Source of the DNA: Phoronis australis
Lineage: Eukaryota; Animalia; Phoronida
Direction: 5' to 3'
Assembly: GCA_002633005.1 (NCBI GenBank)
Contig: NMRA01000081.1
Location: 375,625 to 439,624 of the forward strand
DNA: 64,000 nt
Shown here: in pieces, positions 23,701-38,700 of the stretch
How positions within the stretch are numbered: position 1 is the first letter of the stretch
Layout: each line of letters opens with the position of its first letter
Position numbers and translations under genes: made by a program
The notes under the pieces: generated by a model
Told to the model about the DNA's origin: nothing
Database searches by the model: none
What the model saw: only the letters and a program-made list of their open reading frames with translations

Positions 23701-26700
23701 CCGTCAGTGTCGTGATGTCCTGTTGGTCCGTCAGTGTCATGGTGTCCTGTTGGTCTGTCAGTATCCTGGTGTCCTATTGGTCCACCAGTATCCTGGTATC
23801 CTGTTAGTTTGCCAGTATCCTGGTGTCCTATTGGTCCTCCAGTATCCTGGTGTCCTATTGGTCCTCCAGTATCCTGGTGTCCTATTGGTCCGTCAGTATC
23901 CTGGTGTCCTATAGGTCCGTCAGTATCCTGGTGTCCTATTGGACAGTCAGTATCCTGGTGTGCTATTGGTTCGTCAGTATCCTGGTGTCCTATTGGTCTG
24001 CCAGTATCCTGATGTACTATTGGATCGTCAGCATCCTGGTGTCCTATTGGTCAGTCAGTATCCTGTTGTCCTATTGGCCCGTCAGTGTCCTGGTGTCCTA
24101 CTGGTCTATCAGTATCTTGGTGTCCTATTGGTCTATCATTATCCAGATGTCCTATTGGTCAGTATCCTGGTGTCCTATTGGCCTATCGATGTCCTGTTTA
24201 CCATAACACTCACCTAAACATGGTTCAGCTTCATCCTGATCAGGAGACTCGTCAACAGGCTCTAGATATGAAGCAGGGGCCCAACCCTGTTTGGTCTCCA
24301 ACTGAACAAACCACCACCCTGTGAAGATGAAGGGCAAGTGTTAAGGATATTTAGGACCTTATTTACTAGTCCGTGTATTTGGACACAAACTAAAGATTTT
24401 AACATAGTAAAAGTAAATATATTTTCTGAAAGTAGGTTTGTAGAATTAGATTTATAACTTTTGACCAAATGCCATTAACTGTGTGACCATGCTTGTAAAT
24501 AAAATTCAGAAAAAAGAACAATATTAACAATATGACCAAATTTTTGCTATACATAAATCTCAGAAACGCTTAATTACTTCACCTTCATTTGATGTAACTT
24601 TTGATTTTTTCATAAAGATCATAAGTGTCTATTTTTGATAGCCTGTCGTGCAAAAGTGGAATTCTAACAAAACAATTCTTGTGTTGAAGAACAGTGCATA
24701 TATCGTGGTATTTGAAAGTTTCATTCGAATCCCATCAGCCATTTCTGAGGCATGATGTTGCAAACTTTGTCAATACCAAAACTCCCCTGTCCCAATCTTA
24801 GGAATTAAGAAAAAAAATCACTTTATGTACTGCCAAAACTGGAGAATTTAAACTGTATCAATGGCTTAAAATATTCATTCAATCATAAAATTTTCCTCTG
24901 TAACTTGATTCTTGGTTTTTGTGGAAAGCGTGTCATAACAAGGCATTCATCAGTGACACTACTTGGCAGCATGTTTCTGTTCACACATTCAATGTCATTA
25001 CGCTCTGTACACCACAAGGAGGACACACTTATTTGATAATTCCCACTTCCCTCAGGATTATGTAGCTACAGAGACAACCCAATGACAGGACAGAGAAGAC
25101 AACATGAGCCCACACACATGTACATGGCCACATAAAAACCATTAACGTCTAGTTTTAATGACTTCAAAGCAGATTTCCCTTGCAACCACGTTTTTGAACA
25201 TAGAAGCGTCTACAAAAATCAACAAAGGTCAGGTCACACCTGGGGTCATGTTTTGACAGGTGTTTTTATAATGCTCATAAATTCTCCAAGCATTTCCAAA
25301 CTTCTTCAGTCAGCAAAAGTTACAAGCTATATAACCCAGTCTGTTAGATTGTCCGGCATGAAACCTTACAGGGACATAATTGGTGAGAAAAAGTTTTCTA
25401 AGATCAGCCTCAGCCTGGAATCAAAGCTGTTACCCCTCCGAGCGCAGTCGAAGAGTTATGCTCTGCTGGCAGAGCTATATCTCACTTGACAAATGGAAGA
25501 GTATTTGAAGGACACTGAACTGGTATAAAGTTACTGCCCTTGCTTTTAGCAAATGTCAAACAATGGTGAGAACTGTCAATTAGAACTAAATCACAACAAA
25601 ACAAATTCTGTTGAGATCTGGTCAAAGCTAATAACTCCAAGAAGTCTAACCTATATGATAACCCAAATTTGTTTTTCCCTGCTACAAAACCTATAATGCA
25701 TCTTTAAAACAGCTCAATAACAATCAGGGCCCGGTCTCTAATCTTGTACTCGAAAAGAACTCGAAACTATTTTTGGCAATTTCTTTGCTCCTTTTGTGCG
25801 AATTTAAGATAATTGGTTATCAGACTGTGCTCGAATACATTATAGTTTATGCATAGGAGTTTCTAGTTCAAGTTTGCCCTTGAAGACCCTTATATTCATG
25901 CTACAAACTCGAGTAAAAACTCGAACTTATTGCTTTAATATTGGGTTTACAAACTGTGAACTAAGGGCAATAAATTATCTACGTAAGTTATTGTGTACTC
26001 GAGCATAGAATAATAGACACTTATCTTGAGTTTGCCCAAAAGTAAAGTAGAAAATGCCAAACCAAATTTCGAGTTCCATTTCGAGTAAAAGATTGGAGAC
26101 CGGGCCCAGGTGTATTCGCAACATGAAGTGACAACATCAACCATTGACTTCGCTGCTGGACCACAAGATACTGAAGTGATCAGATGGTACTCACCGTTGG
26201 CATTTTTATCAACAACCTCCATTACTTCCCCAGAGTTGAAGCTGATCGTAGATTTGTTGGTGGATGCATAGCTAGCGATGGCAATATATAGCTCGCACTG
26301 CAGGGGACCAGAGATTTCACCAAGCTCATCTGAAATCAGAAAAAACGTTTAAGCTTCAAACGTCATGTCTTGATTTAAGAGATGTTAAAACCCATTACAG
26401 ACGATAAAAGTCGAATGATACTGTGATATAAAGACATGCCTCGATAAAATTGTATAATGAAAACCCAGCATTCCATTATTGGCTCTTTCTCCATGGGTGT
26501 CACATGTAGGGAGTGAGTCACACATTATACAGATGCAAATTATATAAACATGAACAATTGGTCATACTATCCATAAGCAAGGGTCAAGAAACATGCATAG
26601 ATAATCAGGACCTAGTAACAGTTAACAATTTTGCCAATAGAGAGCACTAGCAAAACCCCCTGTAAATCTTCATTAAGTGTAGCCAAGACAAAATTAATCT

Positions 26701-29700
26701 TATCGATAAAAATTAACCCCAGTAGAATTCTAACTCACTTGTGATTTTTTCATTATTTGTAGTAACAAAGTTCACCTTGAAAAATAGAAAGGGCAACTTT
26801 GCCAATTACATTTACCGTATTCGCCGTAATAACCGCCCAGGGCGCTTAGAAAAGTTCGGTTCGGGGGGGAGCGCTTATTATAACCCAAGGCGGTTGAAAC
26901 CCGGTCTCTGAAACGGGTGAAATTGGAAGCTAAGATTCATCAAATTTACGCTCTGTGACGTATCTGTAATCTATGAAAGACTTTCAACAAACCTGTGGGG
27001 CATTGCTATCAAACTTTGCTACTTAATTACGATCATTTTACAGAAAATTGTGCTGAAATCCCAGGGCGAAAACTCGCCGACTGACTGCCTCGAAATCGCC
27101 GTCTTCGATATGGCGACTTCATTGCTTGAATAAAAATAGTTTCGACTCAAGCAAGTTACCTGAAATCTTCATTAGTTTTCTAACGTCTCCAAGATTTTTT
27201 TAAGTTCCCGTGGAGTCTGGATTAACGGCAGATTTAAGTACAAATCTGTGCAACATCGTGCCATCTAGATGTATGATCGGCAACACAGCGAGCAAAAATG
27301 TCTGGACGAACACACATGTTGTTGTCACGTGACATTTGTTTTGAAGTTCGTCTGCATTTGTGAGTAAGCGAGCGCGTGCGTGTCACCAGAGTTCATTTGC
27401 CAAAGCAGAGATCGTCTTTTGGCCAGAGCCACGCAATCTAACGAGCTAGATGTGCATTGATTGTGTCTAAAGAAATTTGCACAAGCAGTAGACCTAAACC
27501 AGAGCGTGTTTCATTCAGCACTTGCCGGTCTCGTGCTAAAAACGTTCGACATTTGTCTCGGTAAGGCTCATATTAGTCGCCGTGTAGCTGGATGCGTACG
27601 TACATGTAACTATCTGACAGTTATTTTTCGGTGTAAGGGTGTGTAAGCATTCCCTGTCAGTTGTCATTTTATCGGGTATTCGGCTTAAGAACACCAATTA
27701 AGGTTAATCAAACAATCTATCTCCTAAATAACGCAAACATGTTTTATAGTATTAGAAATTGTCGGAAATTAGTGCCAATATTCATTTGTTACCGATGCTA
27801 TGCTACCCGTTTCATGAATGGATAGTTCCCAAGTAATGTCCTTGATGACAGGTTCATATATGTAGCGCGCGCTTCCTGGTGACGTGCGTTTAACACCGAG
27901 TTATTTATATTCGTGAGACAGTCGATGTGTCTGTACCGAAAGGTCAGAGCATAGTAGGACACGGTTGTCGCAAGAGTAGCAACGCTGTTGCGTTCTTTTT
28001 GAAGCGCTGCGTTACTTTGATGTGTATAGTCACGGCTAAATACAAACGTAGCAGTGCCATTGGTGGTCTAGAAGACCCGTGCAAAAATTTTTTTGATAAA
28101 TTGAAGACGTTACTGTAGCCGAGTTTTAGGACTGTAGGTACGTCATTGTTCGCATGTACATGTTCATGGACTGGGCGCTTATTTCAGCAAAGTCTGAAAA
28201 CGCGTGGGGGGCGCTTATTACGGCGAATACGGTATTTAATGGAAAAAATGAAAATTGCAGAATATAAAGTTTGACAAATATTAATGCTCGGTTTCATAAA
28301 TTTTCAGACCTCAGTTTCAAACAATGAAAAGAAAGCATATTTCATAATACGCTTGACTGATAAGGATAACTTTCATTTCTGCGAAACAAAAATGAAACCA
28401 AAAAAATTCAATGTGCTTACCTGACTGTAAACGGTCTGCCTTTTTTCTGTAGCCTTTAAAAAAGGTTGACAAAATTTTTGTGACCAGCTCAGACTTTTTC
28501 CTGAAACAATTTTTTTGTTTATGTATCAATGTACTTGTACCAGGTTGAAAAGATACAACGACTCAATGGTCTTGTTGATGACAAGCATTTTATTGACACT
28601 TATGGCATACCTTCGTCCAAGTAGTGCAATTTGAACAATCCAATATACAAGTACGTATGAATATTTAACTGTTGGTAAAGGTTCAAAGGTTTTACATACA
28701 ATTTCTATGGCAACTTCGGATTCAACATGCACAACTGTTGTTAATTTTAATACACATTAGAAAAAGGTGGAATTTTTGCAATTATTCATTTAGGAAGTCG
28801 TGCGTTCTTTATCAGAAAATTTTTAATTTCAGATGCCAAAGTGACTGAAGTTAAAACATATTCTGGAAGAAAAAGTGGCTTTAAGTCCTTTTAAAGTTAG
28901 ACTTACTGCACAGCTTTTGGAGGATTTATATCTTCTGTTGTCGCCCGAAAAAATCGTGTGACAGAGACATGTTGTGAAATTTTCTGTGGCAACTGTATCA
29001 AGGTTTTACAATAGTTCTCAATCTCTGCCTGTCTTTCTTGAGCCACTTTTAGAACTTCAGTTCGCTGGAATATTTTCCTACCTAAAACATCAGTTAGGTA
29101 CAATTAGTATATGAACAATGTTGCTTTACAAACCAAGATGTTGGCAAAGAGAAATTCTTTTCAATGACAAGCTTCATTTTGGAAATTGAATTTACACGAT
29201 CTTGCAGTTCATGAGATGAGGCAGTACTAATAAAAGAGTGCACCTTTGCAGGTTGATAATGAAAGAACCAAGCCGTAGGAAAATTGATAAAATTGAATAG
29301 CCTCAATACAAATAGAAATGCACAAAATGCTAACTAGGTCAAACCAAAATAGCAACTTCAAACTGTTAATCGGGTCAGTGGTGGTAAATATTCTCATTGA
29401 AACCATCAATGAACTTCATTGTAAATTCTTTTATCACTGTGTAATGCAGGAAGGCTACACGAAAGTTTCTTCAATTTCAAACACAAAATTAGGTGCAACC
29501 GTGAAATTTTATTTTACTGAATTTTTTCAACAAAAAAGTGAACAGGAAGAAAACTTCACTTCATTATTTGCTCAGTTTTTATACAGTTGTTGTCAGCAAA
29601 CACATACATTTTTATGCATTGTCAACAAAGTACTGAGCTATTGAAAATGGAAAATGACCAGTTTTAGTATTTGTATTCCCATTTCAGAATTTTAACTTAC

Positions 29701-32700
29701 TCACACTTTTCAAGAATTGAAACAAAGTGTTTCACCCCAAAACATGATACTAAAACAATGGTTTTCAAAGCTGGCACTGAATGGAGTTTTACTATAACAA
29801 GAAATGACAACGCTCTTAATGTCAGAGATGGCTGGTGCATTTTTTCAGTGGATTTGACAATATGTGAAAACAGAAGATGTAAACATAACATAAAGTACAA
29901 AATTGTTCCAAGCAAGACTACTAGACAAACACAATACTAATTTTGCCATACCCTATGAACCAACACAATGCAAGTACTTTCCATTACCTAAATTGCAGAA
30001 AATCCTTTGACAAATAGTGGAGTTATGGCTCCTATAAAGCAAAATGTAAGTAGTGACAACTAAAGCGCCACCTTTTGTTAAAAAATGTTATGGCTCAAAC
30101 TGCTTGAGTCAATTGGTGTATACAAATTTCATAGTAATCAGACAACACAGTGGCCTGTATCATAGACAACACAGATTAAGCAAAATTTCACCCAAAAATT
30201 ACAATAAAGGAATATCTTCAATCATTCCTCAATGCGTGGCAACAGGCAGGAATTCCTGAAAACTCCACCAAACATAGAGACTTACATGGTTTGAAGGCAC
30301 CGTATCTACGCTTCCTATGTTTTTGTGGATTCTCTAAAATTTCAAAAATAGACTGCACATTTTATCAGTTATGCCCGCTCCTCAAAATGTTGTAAATGAC
30401 TAAGGACATAAGCTGAATTGGGACTACACGAAGCAGCAATGTCAATGTACTGGGTAACATCTCATCATACTAGGACACAATATCACCAGTGAAATTTTAC
30501 TTATCATTTTTTCGATTAAACGTATGCTTTAAGATGTTCCAAGTTTTGTACTACAGCTAAATTAAAGGTATTCACAATATGTTAAAAGCACTTGAAAAAT
30601 GAAAAATGGACATTTTCAGCAAGCATTTTAGTCCAAAATTGGTGAGACTAACGAAACATGTTGGCAAGTTTCAACAGTTACTATCACCTCAGACTAGAAA
30701 ACAGCCATTTTACAGACTACAAATGTCAGACAACAACAGAAATAGCTTTCAATGCCAGTGTCCCAGCGCAAAATCGTAACCCCTACAGGGACACCGACAA
30801 CAACAAAGAGGATAAAAAGCACTCCGTTTTTCATTTACTCCTGCCAAGCATGAAATATGCAGTGACTGTTATAATAATATAATAAACACATGTGACAAAA
30901 TGCGCATATCACCTCATGTTACATTAGAGATTACTAGAAAAGAAGACCAGTAATAGAAGGATTGTACCAGGAAAGTACCTCAGATACTAGTACCTCAGAT
31001 ACTAGTACCTCAGATACTACCCAGGCAATACTCCAATATACAAGACGTGTCGATTAGGTCATTTTTTCACAACAATATTCGATATGAAAGGCGGCTTTTT
31101 CAAAAAAATCCCTACAAAGGGTTCACTTTAGGAATTTGAAACTCTAAAACTTAGGTCACAAAAGATATGCTCATTTTAGGTAACCAGGTATCTCTTACAG
31201 TAATGTTTCAGGTTTAATGGGTTGCAAATTGAGCTGTCCTACAAGAATTCCTGCAGAAGGGTACGGTTTATGTAATGAACCTCTACAATGGCAGTGTTTC
31301 TAGAACAAACCCCTATGAAAGCGTGACTTTTCATGGTAACTCCCTAAAAATAGGTCCCTTTTTTGAGTCCACTTTCAAAATCGGTGGGTAGCCAATTATC
31401 CAGCTCCCCCCNCCCCCCCCCCCCCGGAAACATACATAGAGCTTGAGCAAGCTACTGCTTGTCCGTGACATCTGATCAGATAGCAAATCTACCTGCGGTA
31501 AAATTAAGACTTAATGTTTCAAGAATGCCTTACTAGCCATCATTAAATCTACCAACAGATCTGCCTTCTTATGGTAAGAATGCTGTATTTCAAGGGCTAT
31601 GCCTGTTGTCCGGCGTATTCTGAAATCCGAAATACCGTACACATGCTATGAGAGCAAACTACAGCATAAAAAGTGAGAGGTGCAAACATCAGCCCTACAC
31701 AAATGCTATACTCTACAGAAGCAGTGCAATATAGTCTTCAATTGTCGTAAGACAGATGAACCCTCGTTTTAATCAACTGGTCTGTCCTCTTCATTCAGAC
31801 ATTCTATTTGACACCATGTAACAAGAGCAACGCAGAGCGTTGAAATGCGCCCACAATTGCACCGCATACGNCAAATTTAATTTCCAAGCACTAGGAAATC
31901 TACATATTATAAAACAATCTATGGGAAACTAAGGGGCATCTCCTTCTAGCACTGGAACCCCGAAGGCAAATAATAAACAAATTATATACACAACCACATA
32001 AACTAATTATATACACAACCACACAAACTATAATTTAAACTTTTCAATTCCATAACAGAACATGAATTTCATCCCCAAAGATAATCATTCAGCACATCAG
32101 CAAAAATCCTTCAGTTTTGACAGGGCTGGAAAACCCCTACGACATTGGGTCACTTTACACTCTAGCTTAAGTTGATATCACAATTCCAAACTAATGCCAT
32201 TTGGTTGGCCAGTCTGTTATGTACACGATTTTCAGTTCATAAGACAAAGGAAGTGCCTCTTAACTTCTTCCCATCAATATACCATTCACGAACGTGATAA
32301 GCAGAGATAAAAAAGCAAGTGATGTTGAAGGCGCGGAGCCAAATTGAAAATTCAAGTATACACAAAAAGAAAATAGAAATCTTATTAAAATAAGAATACG
32401 ATTTCCTTTATCAAAGTCAAAAACTAAATGAAAAAATAGATTAAATGAGCAAATGCTGAGGCCATGACAAACTATGATCACATTATAAGGCAATATGTGT
32501 CAGGTTTAGATTACATTGATGGACATTTCAAAAGTAAAATGCTCTGTTTAAAAATAGTCAAAGCAAAGTAAATTTATACAGAAGCACCAACAAACTGATA
32601 CAGATAGGATGCTAGACAGCGATAGTGTTTCATGTTGTTCACGCAATGTCACACATTGTCAAGTAAGAGGTTGCCAAATGAAAGCAAATAATCCTCAGTT

Positions 32701-35700
32701 TCAAGCCTTCAGTTGTGTTAGAATTTTAATGTGTGGTTTTGCAGAAATGTCATAATTTTTATAGTGATGGGATCAAAGTTATAAGCACAAGCTATTTCTG
32801 ATGCTTGCCTGTTCATATCAAGAAAAACAAGACTTTCTTCGTGGCTATAGTATTTGGAAGGACATTAAACTGCTTGTAAATAGTACAGTAAACTCTCACC
32901 CATTTAGGACACAATATGGTAGACACATGAAATTTTGTTTTTTATATTTTTCACAAATGATATGTAGGACCAAAAGAGATATTTTATCATTTTCAAGTCA
33001 TATATCATAACTACTACAAGATGATGTTTTGAGAAGTTGTGGGCATTACGATATCAGAAGTATTTGAAAAATGTAAAAAGGTTAATTTTGGCAATTATTT
33101 TCGTCTAAAAGAGTGCGATTTTACCATAGCCATATTTCAAATACAGGCATTTCTTCATTTTCTGTTGATGCTGACACCACATTTCTCTAGGAGAATCCCA
33201 CATTTTTTCAGCCCTGAGACAACCTTGTGTGCGTTTGAGGAGGCAGTGTGGCCTTGTGTGATAGGTGCTCGCTTTCATTACTCTGGTTTGAATCCCACTG
33301 GGTCACACTGCTAGACCCTTGAGTCAGGTTTATAGCTCAGCTTGGTTTTAACTATATATTAATAAAGCATAAAAATGGTTCCAGGTGACCAGTGCAATGG
33401 GCCCACATGCGCGGCCTGCGCAGGTCTGGTACAATGTGTAACAGACAGCCTGCAATTATTTTTATAACATTGTGTGTATGATTTTGTGGGTCAATTTTGA
33501 CAAACAGCCTTTTGGTGAATTCTATAATTCACGACCACAAGTTTGATCTTTCAAGGTCATCAGAAGTAGAGTGAAGATCATGTAACTTCCTCTACGCTGA
33601 TAACTGGCACCAAAAGCAGCACATTGTAGCTTGTCACCTCAGCTCAATGAGCAAGCAGTTTCCATCTGCGAGTCATTGTCATATAAAGTCCCACATTACC
33701 ATTTTCCCTGACCTACTAAAGTCCTTGGGCACTGTCACACCAAGCCAACTATGAACTGAACTCGGCAAAATGAGAAATCAGTGAGAACCAACAGTAAGCA
33801 ATGTGCAATCTGTGTAACTTGAACTCTGTGGATCAGGTATCACATTAAAGGTATGTTTGTGGTCAGAGATTCCAGTTTCAACAAGATGCCAAGACCAGCT
33901 CGGACATTTTCAGAATGGATTTGGTCATTGGTGTGAGAGAGATTTAAACATATCTTAGCTATTCCTATTCAACATGGTCGTTCCATAACCTGCTGTTGAA
34001 TGAGATATCTCGGCTGTGTATACTTCCATCATGCAACAACAACAACAACAACAATGAACATGCAAAGAAACATTCAGTACATACTGCGTAAAGATGTTCT
34101 GCGTTTCAAAGTAGCGCTGAGTTTTTTGAAAACAATTTTGAGATCTGTGTGAAGACAAGGACATAAGGATAAGGCAAAAGAACATTAAGTGACTTTCAGA
34201 AATCCGTTTTCATACAGAAAAAAACGTATGTTCATCAATATTGACATTTGGAAGTTAGGAAAATGCCTAATCAGATATCTATGCCATAAGATTTCTGGAA
34301 AAGCTTCCCAAAACAAATACCATAAAACGAGGCATGTGTTACATAGATGCGAGAATCTCACGAAAACAGAAGACATCGGGAGATTTTGCCAGGTATCACA
34401 AGCAAAGCACGTGGTTACACAAGTTTCTCTCGCAAGATTTTTGCGTCAAAGAAACTCAACCCAGTAATATTTGTTTTCATCACAGCCTATCCATACGATT
34501 TCCCTGTATCATAACTGGTAGCTGAGAGTTTCAATTGACTGAAGCGAGGTATGCAGCAAAATTAAAATTCGCCCATAAATCACTTAACAAACAGAACATC
34601 AATCAGAATTTCTCTGAAACAAAATACATGTACAGGACGATATTAGAGATGAAGTGACGAGTTCAATACAATGAATGTGTAAGTGATGGCTTTTAGGTCT
34701 TAAATTAATGGCTAGAATGACCGGTATGACATTTGCTGCGTGTCAGTGCAAAAATCAAAAGGTAAATTGTAGTTAGGTACTGCAGAGTAGTAACTTACCT
34801 GGTAGGAAAGGAATGGTTCTCTTGCTCTCATCAATAGTGCCTGCCTCAAGCGGGAACAAGTCGAGAAGTTCTACCTGATAAAAGAAATATTCATGAAATG
34901 AAGAAAATTCAGTCTTGCAAAAATAGATAACGCAGCTATGATCCTGAGACAGTTGCACGCCTGCGTACATGTGACCATTTATAATGTTAAGATCAATAAG
35001 AGCTACAATATTTTTAATTGCATTCTGTTTAAATTAGACCCGCAATAAACCACCCTTCTATCACAAAAATCGCTTTGATTTAGACTACTTAGCGAAATTG
35101 GTCTCAAATTGTACCTAAGTCAAAAAAATGTGATAACCAGGCTTGGAAAGATTAGAAACTTTAAAAAGTTCCTAATTCTTGAAATCAGGCTCTACAAGTT
35201 AACTTTAAACATGGAGCATAGTCTCAAAGCAAAACAAACTTCCAGCTCTTTGTATCCGAGTGATGAACAAATATTGAGAGCAACTTTATGGCAGTAAAAG
35301 TGCAGAAGTCTAATGCACAGTTTTCACCATTAAGCAGAACCTTTCAAACCAGATTTAAAGGTTATAACCCTCTGCCTGAACACTTTTAAACCGGTTTTCA
35401 AAGTTGTAACCTTATTGCCGTTATAATGTAACCCTCTGTACGGGTGGTTTGGCAACAGGTGAAAACCACTGTAACTGTGATCATTGCAGTTGCAAAAGTG
35501 AAATCTCTGAAGGTGGCGCTGCTGTCAAATCTCTTTGGCACTAACTGGAGTGAATCAGAAAGTGATAGCACTGATGACCAGAAATTAAAACCAGGAACTA
35601 GAGTTACACCAATATAAACTGTCCCTGTAAACCCTAACGATTACACAACAGTTACAACAATAGGAAGAGTTCCCACCCCTTTAGTTGGTCTGAACACAAC

Positions 35701-38700
35701 TTAAATTAAAATTTATGTTCTTCAAAGGGGAGGGATTTATTGCTGTTTTATAATACCACAGCAAACAAAGCTCTCAATTGACCAACTAACTCCAGCCAAG
35801 TTGAACTCCTTTCATTCCTTCTCCAGACAAATATAGCATTTCAAAGTATAAGGGAGCTGATGACTCATGAAAGACAAAAGTATAATCAAAAGATGTTCAA
35901 GATGTATCAAGCAAAGTTTCACCAGTGACACTCAAGGGCCAACTGTTACTACATGGTCACTTAGTGCCAAGTCTCAATTCGTCCCAAATTTAACCGACCT
36001 TCCATCAATTGCACTGCCACACCCCTCCAACAGTTCCATGTTACACTAAAACCTCCCTAATGTCAAACAAAAGAAACTGTCAAAAAATCTTTTTTATTTT
36101 TCAAAGGCTTCTTTCTAGCATTGTTGTGAATATGACATTTTTTCAATAACTTGTCTCATGGCAGCCGTGGTTCAAAAATTGAACATGAAAAACCATTTAA
36201 TTTGGAGCTACATGTCTTTCAAAGATGAAAGTAACATTTCAATTGTTGGCCATATTGTTTCTAAATGGTGAGGATTTACAGTTCCAAGAATTTACAAGAA
36301 TTACAACAAAACACGAGAGTTCTCACTGGATTACGTTGTTAAATTTCCCAAGGATGGGTTACACGACATCCCATATTCAGATAAAAGATTTTAATTTATT
36401 CACTGGATATATATTTTCTGAGCTCGTTGCTGAGCTGGTGCCTTCAGCTAGCCGATAATCACTCATCATTTCCCCAGATGTTAATGTTGAGTGCAATACA
36501 AAAAGGATTACAAGATAACCGCTGACCTCATCAAGCTTCATACCCACCAATAAAGTTATCAGCCAGTTCATACAATAAGCCCACAAGCGATTTTGATTGG
36601 CATCCTTGACAGATTGCTCCTGGCATTGACTTTTTATTCAACCGATTTTTTCATGAGAGTTGTCTGTTTCTCAGAATGCCAATCACCACGGGGTTTTCTC
36701 AAAGACAAAACTATATATAATGCGACTACCGTAGCCTGTGTGGTAAGTATGCACTAAAGATTGGGTTGGGCACCTACAGGAAACTCTTTTGAACTGAATT
36801 CCATAAACGATACACAAGAAGAGAATATGCCATAGGGCAAAGAGAGAAATGATGTAAAAAACTATATATGCTCGTTCAACAAAATCTGCCGGGTTGTGTA
36901 CAGAACACGTTCTGTAAAGCAAAAAGACTAGGAAACTAGGTCTACAGAATGCTACCCAGACTATGTAGGACCACATTTAAGTATCAACTAATTTGGAAAG
37001 ATTTGTAATTTATAGCAGTAGCTTTGGTCATCAAACAAAAGTATTAAGTATAAAGGTTTCTCTAGGCACTGAACAGCAGACAATCCAGGAATTCAAAAAT
37101 AAGGACCAGTGGTGACTGTTTTTATGACAACAAGTCAGATGGTTGTTATAAGCCATATTTACATGAAAGACAGCTGACCAGGCGCAGTCAGCACGGCTGC
37201 TCCGGTGCAAGTGCGTGTGTAAAAACGACTGACACCGAGCGAGTGACACCACAGCAGCCAGTTTTTGACATTGGTTTGATAGGTAGAGCGAGTAGCACTC
37301 GATCAATTGCTCCAGTGTTAACAACACCTCTAAGCACAACTGGGCAGGGCAGAAATGGATCATCTTACAATGTGCTTCATGTGGAGAATTTCTGGCTTAC
37401 ACTGGTGAGGGTTCTGATTCCCTAAGCCCCAGACAACTTTTAGGATGCCTATTCAGCACGCCCTTTGTATTGATGTAGTTCTGAGCTAATGAAGTGGAAA
37501 GGTAATTGCTAGCATTACTGCCTCAACAATGGTTGTTGTTAGTATCCCCAATTTGATTTTCTCTGATGTTTTTCATCAGTCAACATGGATGACAATAACA
37601 TGCTGATGACAGATACGATTGTGAGAGACACGAAGGTGATGACGAGAGCAGACGTAACGATGACGTTAATAATTGACGAAATCAACCAATGACATTTACT
37701 GATGAAAAAGAAACAGCGCGTGTTGTAGCAAATCTCCGATAGATGGCGCCAGATATAGTAAGTTCCCTGAAATGGCTGCCAATTTCACGATGCCCGTGGC
37801 TAAAGTGGACCGAGTTCGGAATAGCATAGTTATAGGCTAGAGTAATTGAGGGTTGCGAAAATGATTTGTACGGATAGCCAGATGTCTGAGGAATGCAACG
37901 ATACCAAAATCATTCATTTAGACCTACACTTAGTGGATTTATTTGGAATAACTTAGGGTCCATTATATCCGACTAGAGCCAGTTTATTGTATCTTACATC
38001 TTACCTTAAACTAGTTTTTTTATTCTGGAAACTTGGAAAGGCCAATGAGCTCCAAGTGCAACTGTTAGCATTGTCCAAGTCAAGAGGAACAAATACTTTT
38101 CTTCCAAATGTTTAACATGGTGCCCTAAATAGGGTGTCCACATATGACTCAATTGGACACCCTCTAGACGAAAGCTTGGCCCTATACCGTCCTACAAGAA
38201 GTGTGAGAACCCTGACANNNNNNNNNNNNNNNNNNNNNNNNNNNNNNNNNNNNNNNNNNNNNNNNNNNNNNNNNNNNNNNNNNNNNNNNNNNNNNNNNNN
38301 NNNNNNNNNNNNNNNNNNNNNNNNNNNNNNNNNNNNNNNNNNNNNNNNNNNNNNNNNNNNNNNNNNNNNNNNNNNNNNNNNNNNNNNNNNNNNNNNNNNN
38401 NNNNNNNNNNNNNNNNNNNNNNNNNNNNNNNNNNNNNNNNNNNNNNNNNNNNNNNNNNNNNNNNNNNNNNNNNNNNNNNNNNNNNNNNNNNNNNNNNNNN
38501 NNTGAAGGAGAAGGGAGAGAGTGATTGAGGAAGAGAAAGGGAGGGAGTGTTCGAGGGGTAGAGAAGAATCAAGAGAAAAGGGAGAGATTGATTGAGGGAG
38601 AGAGGGGGGAGTGCTCAAGGGGTAGGGATGGACCAAGGAAGGAGTGGCAAAAAGGAGAGTTAGGGGGCAGAAGAGAGGACATGGGAGATAGAGAGAATGT

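Noticed and set aside
23579-24324. Overlapping repetitive ORFs, or a CRISPR-like array
   Set aside because: Head-to-tail 27-bp minisatellite with no unique spacers, no cas genes and a eukaryotic context.
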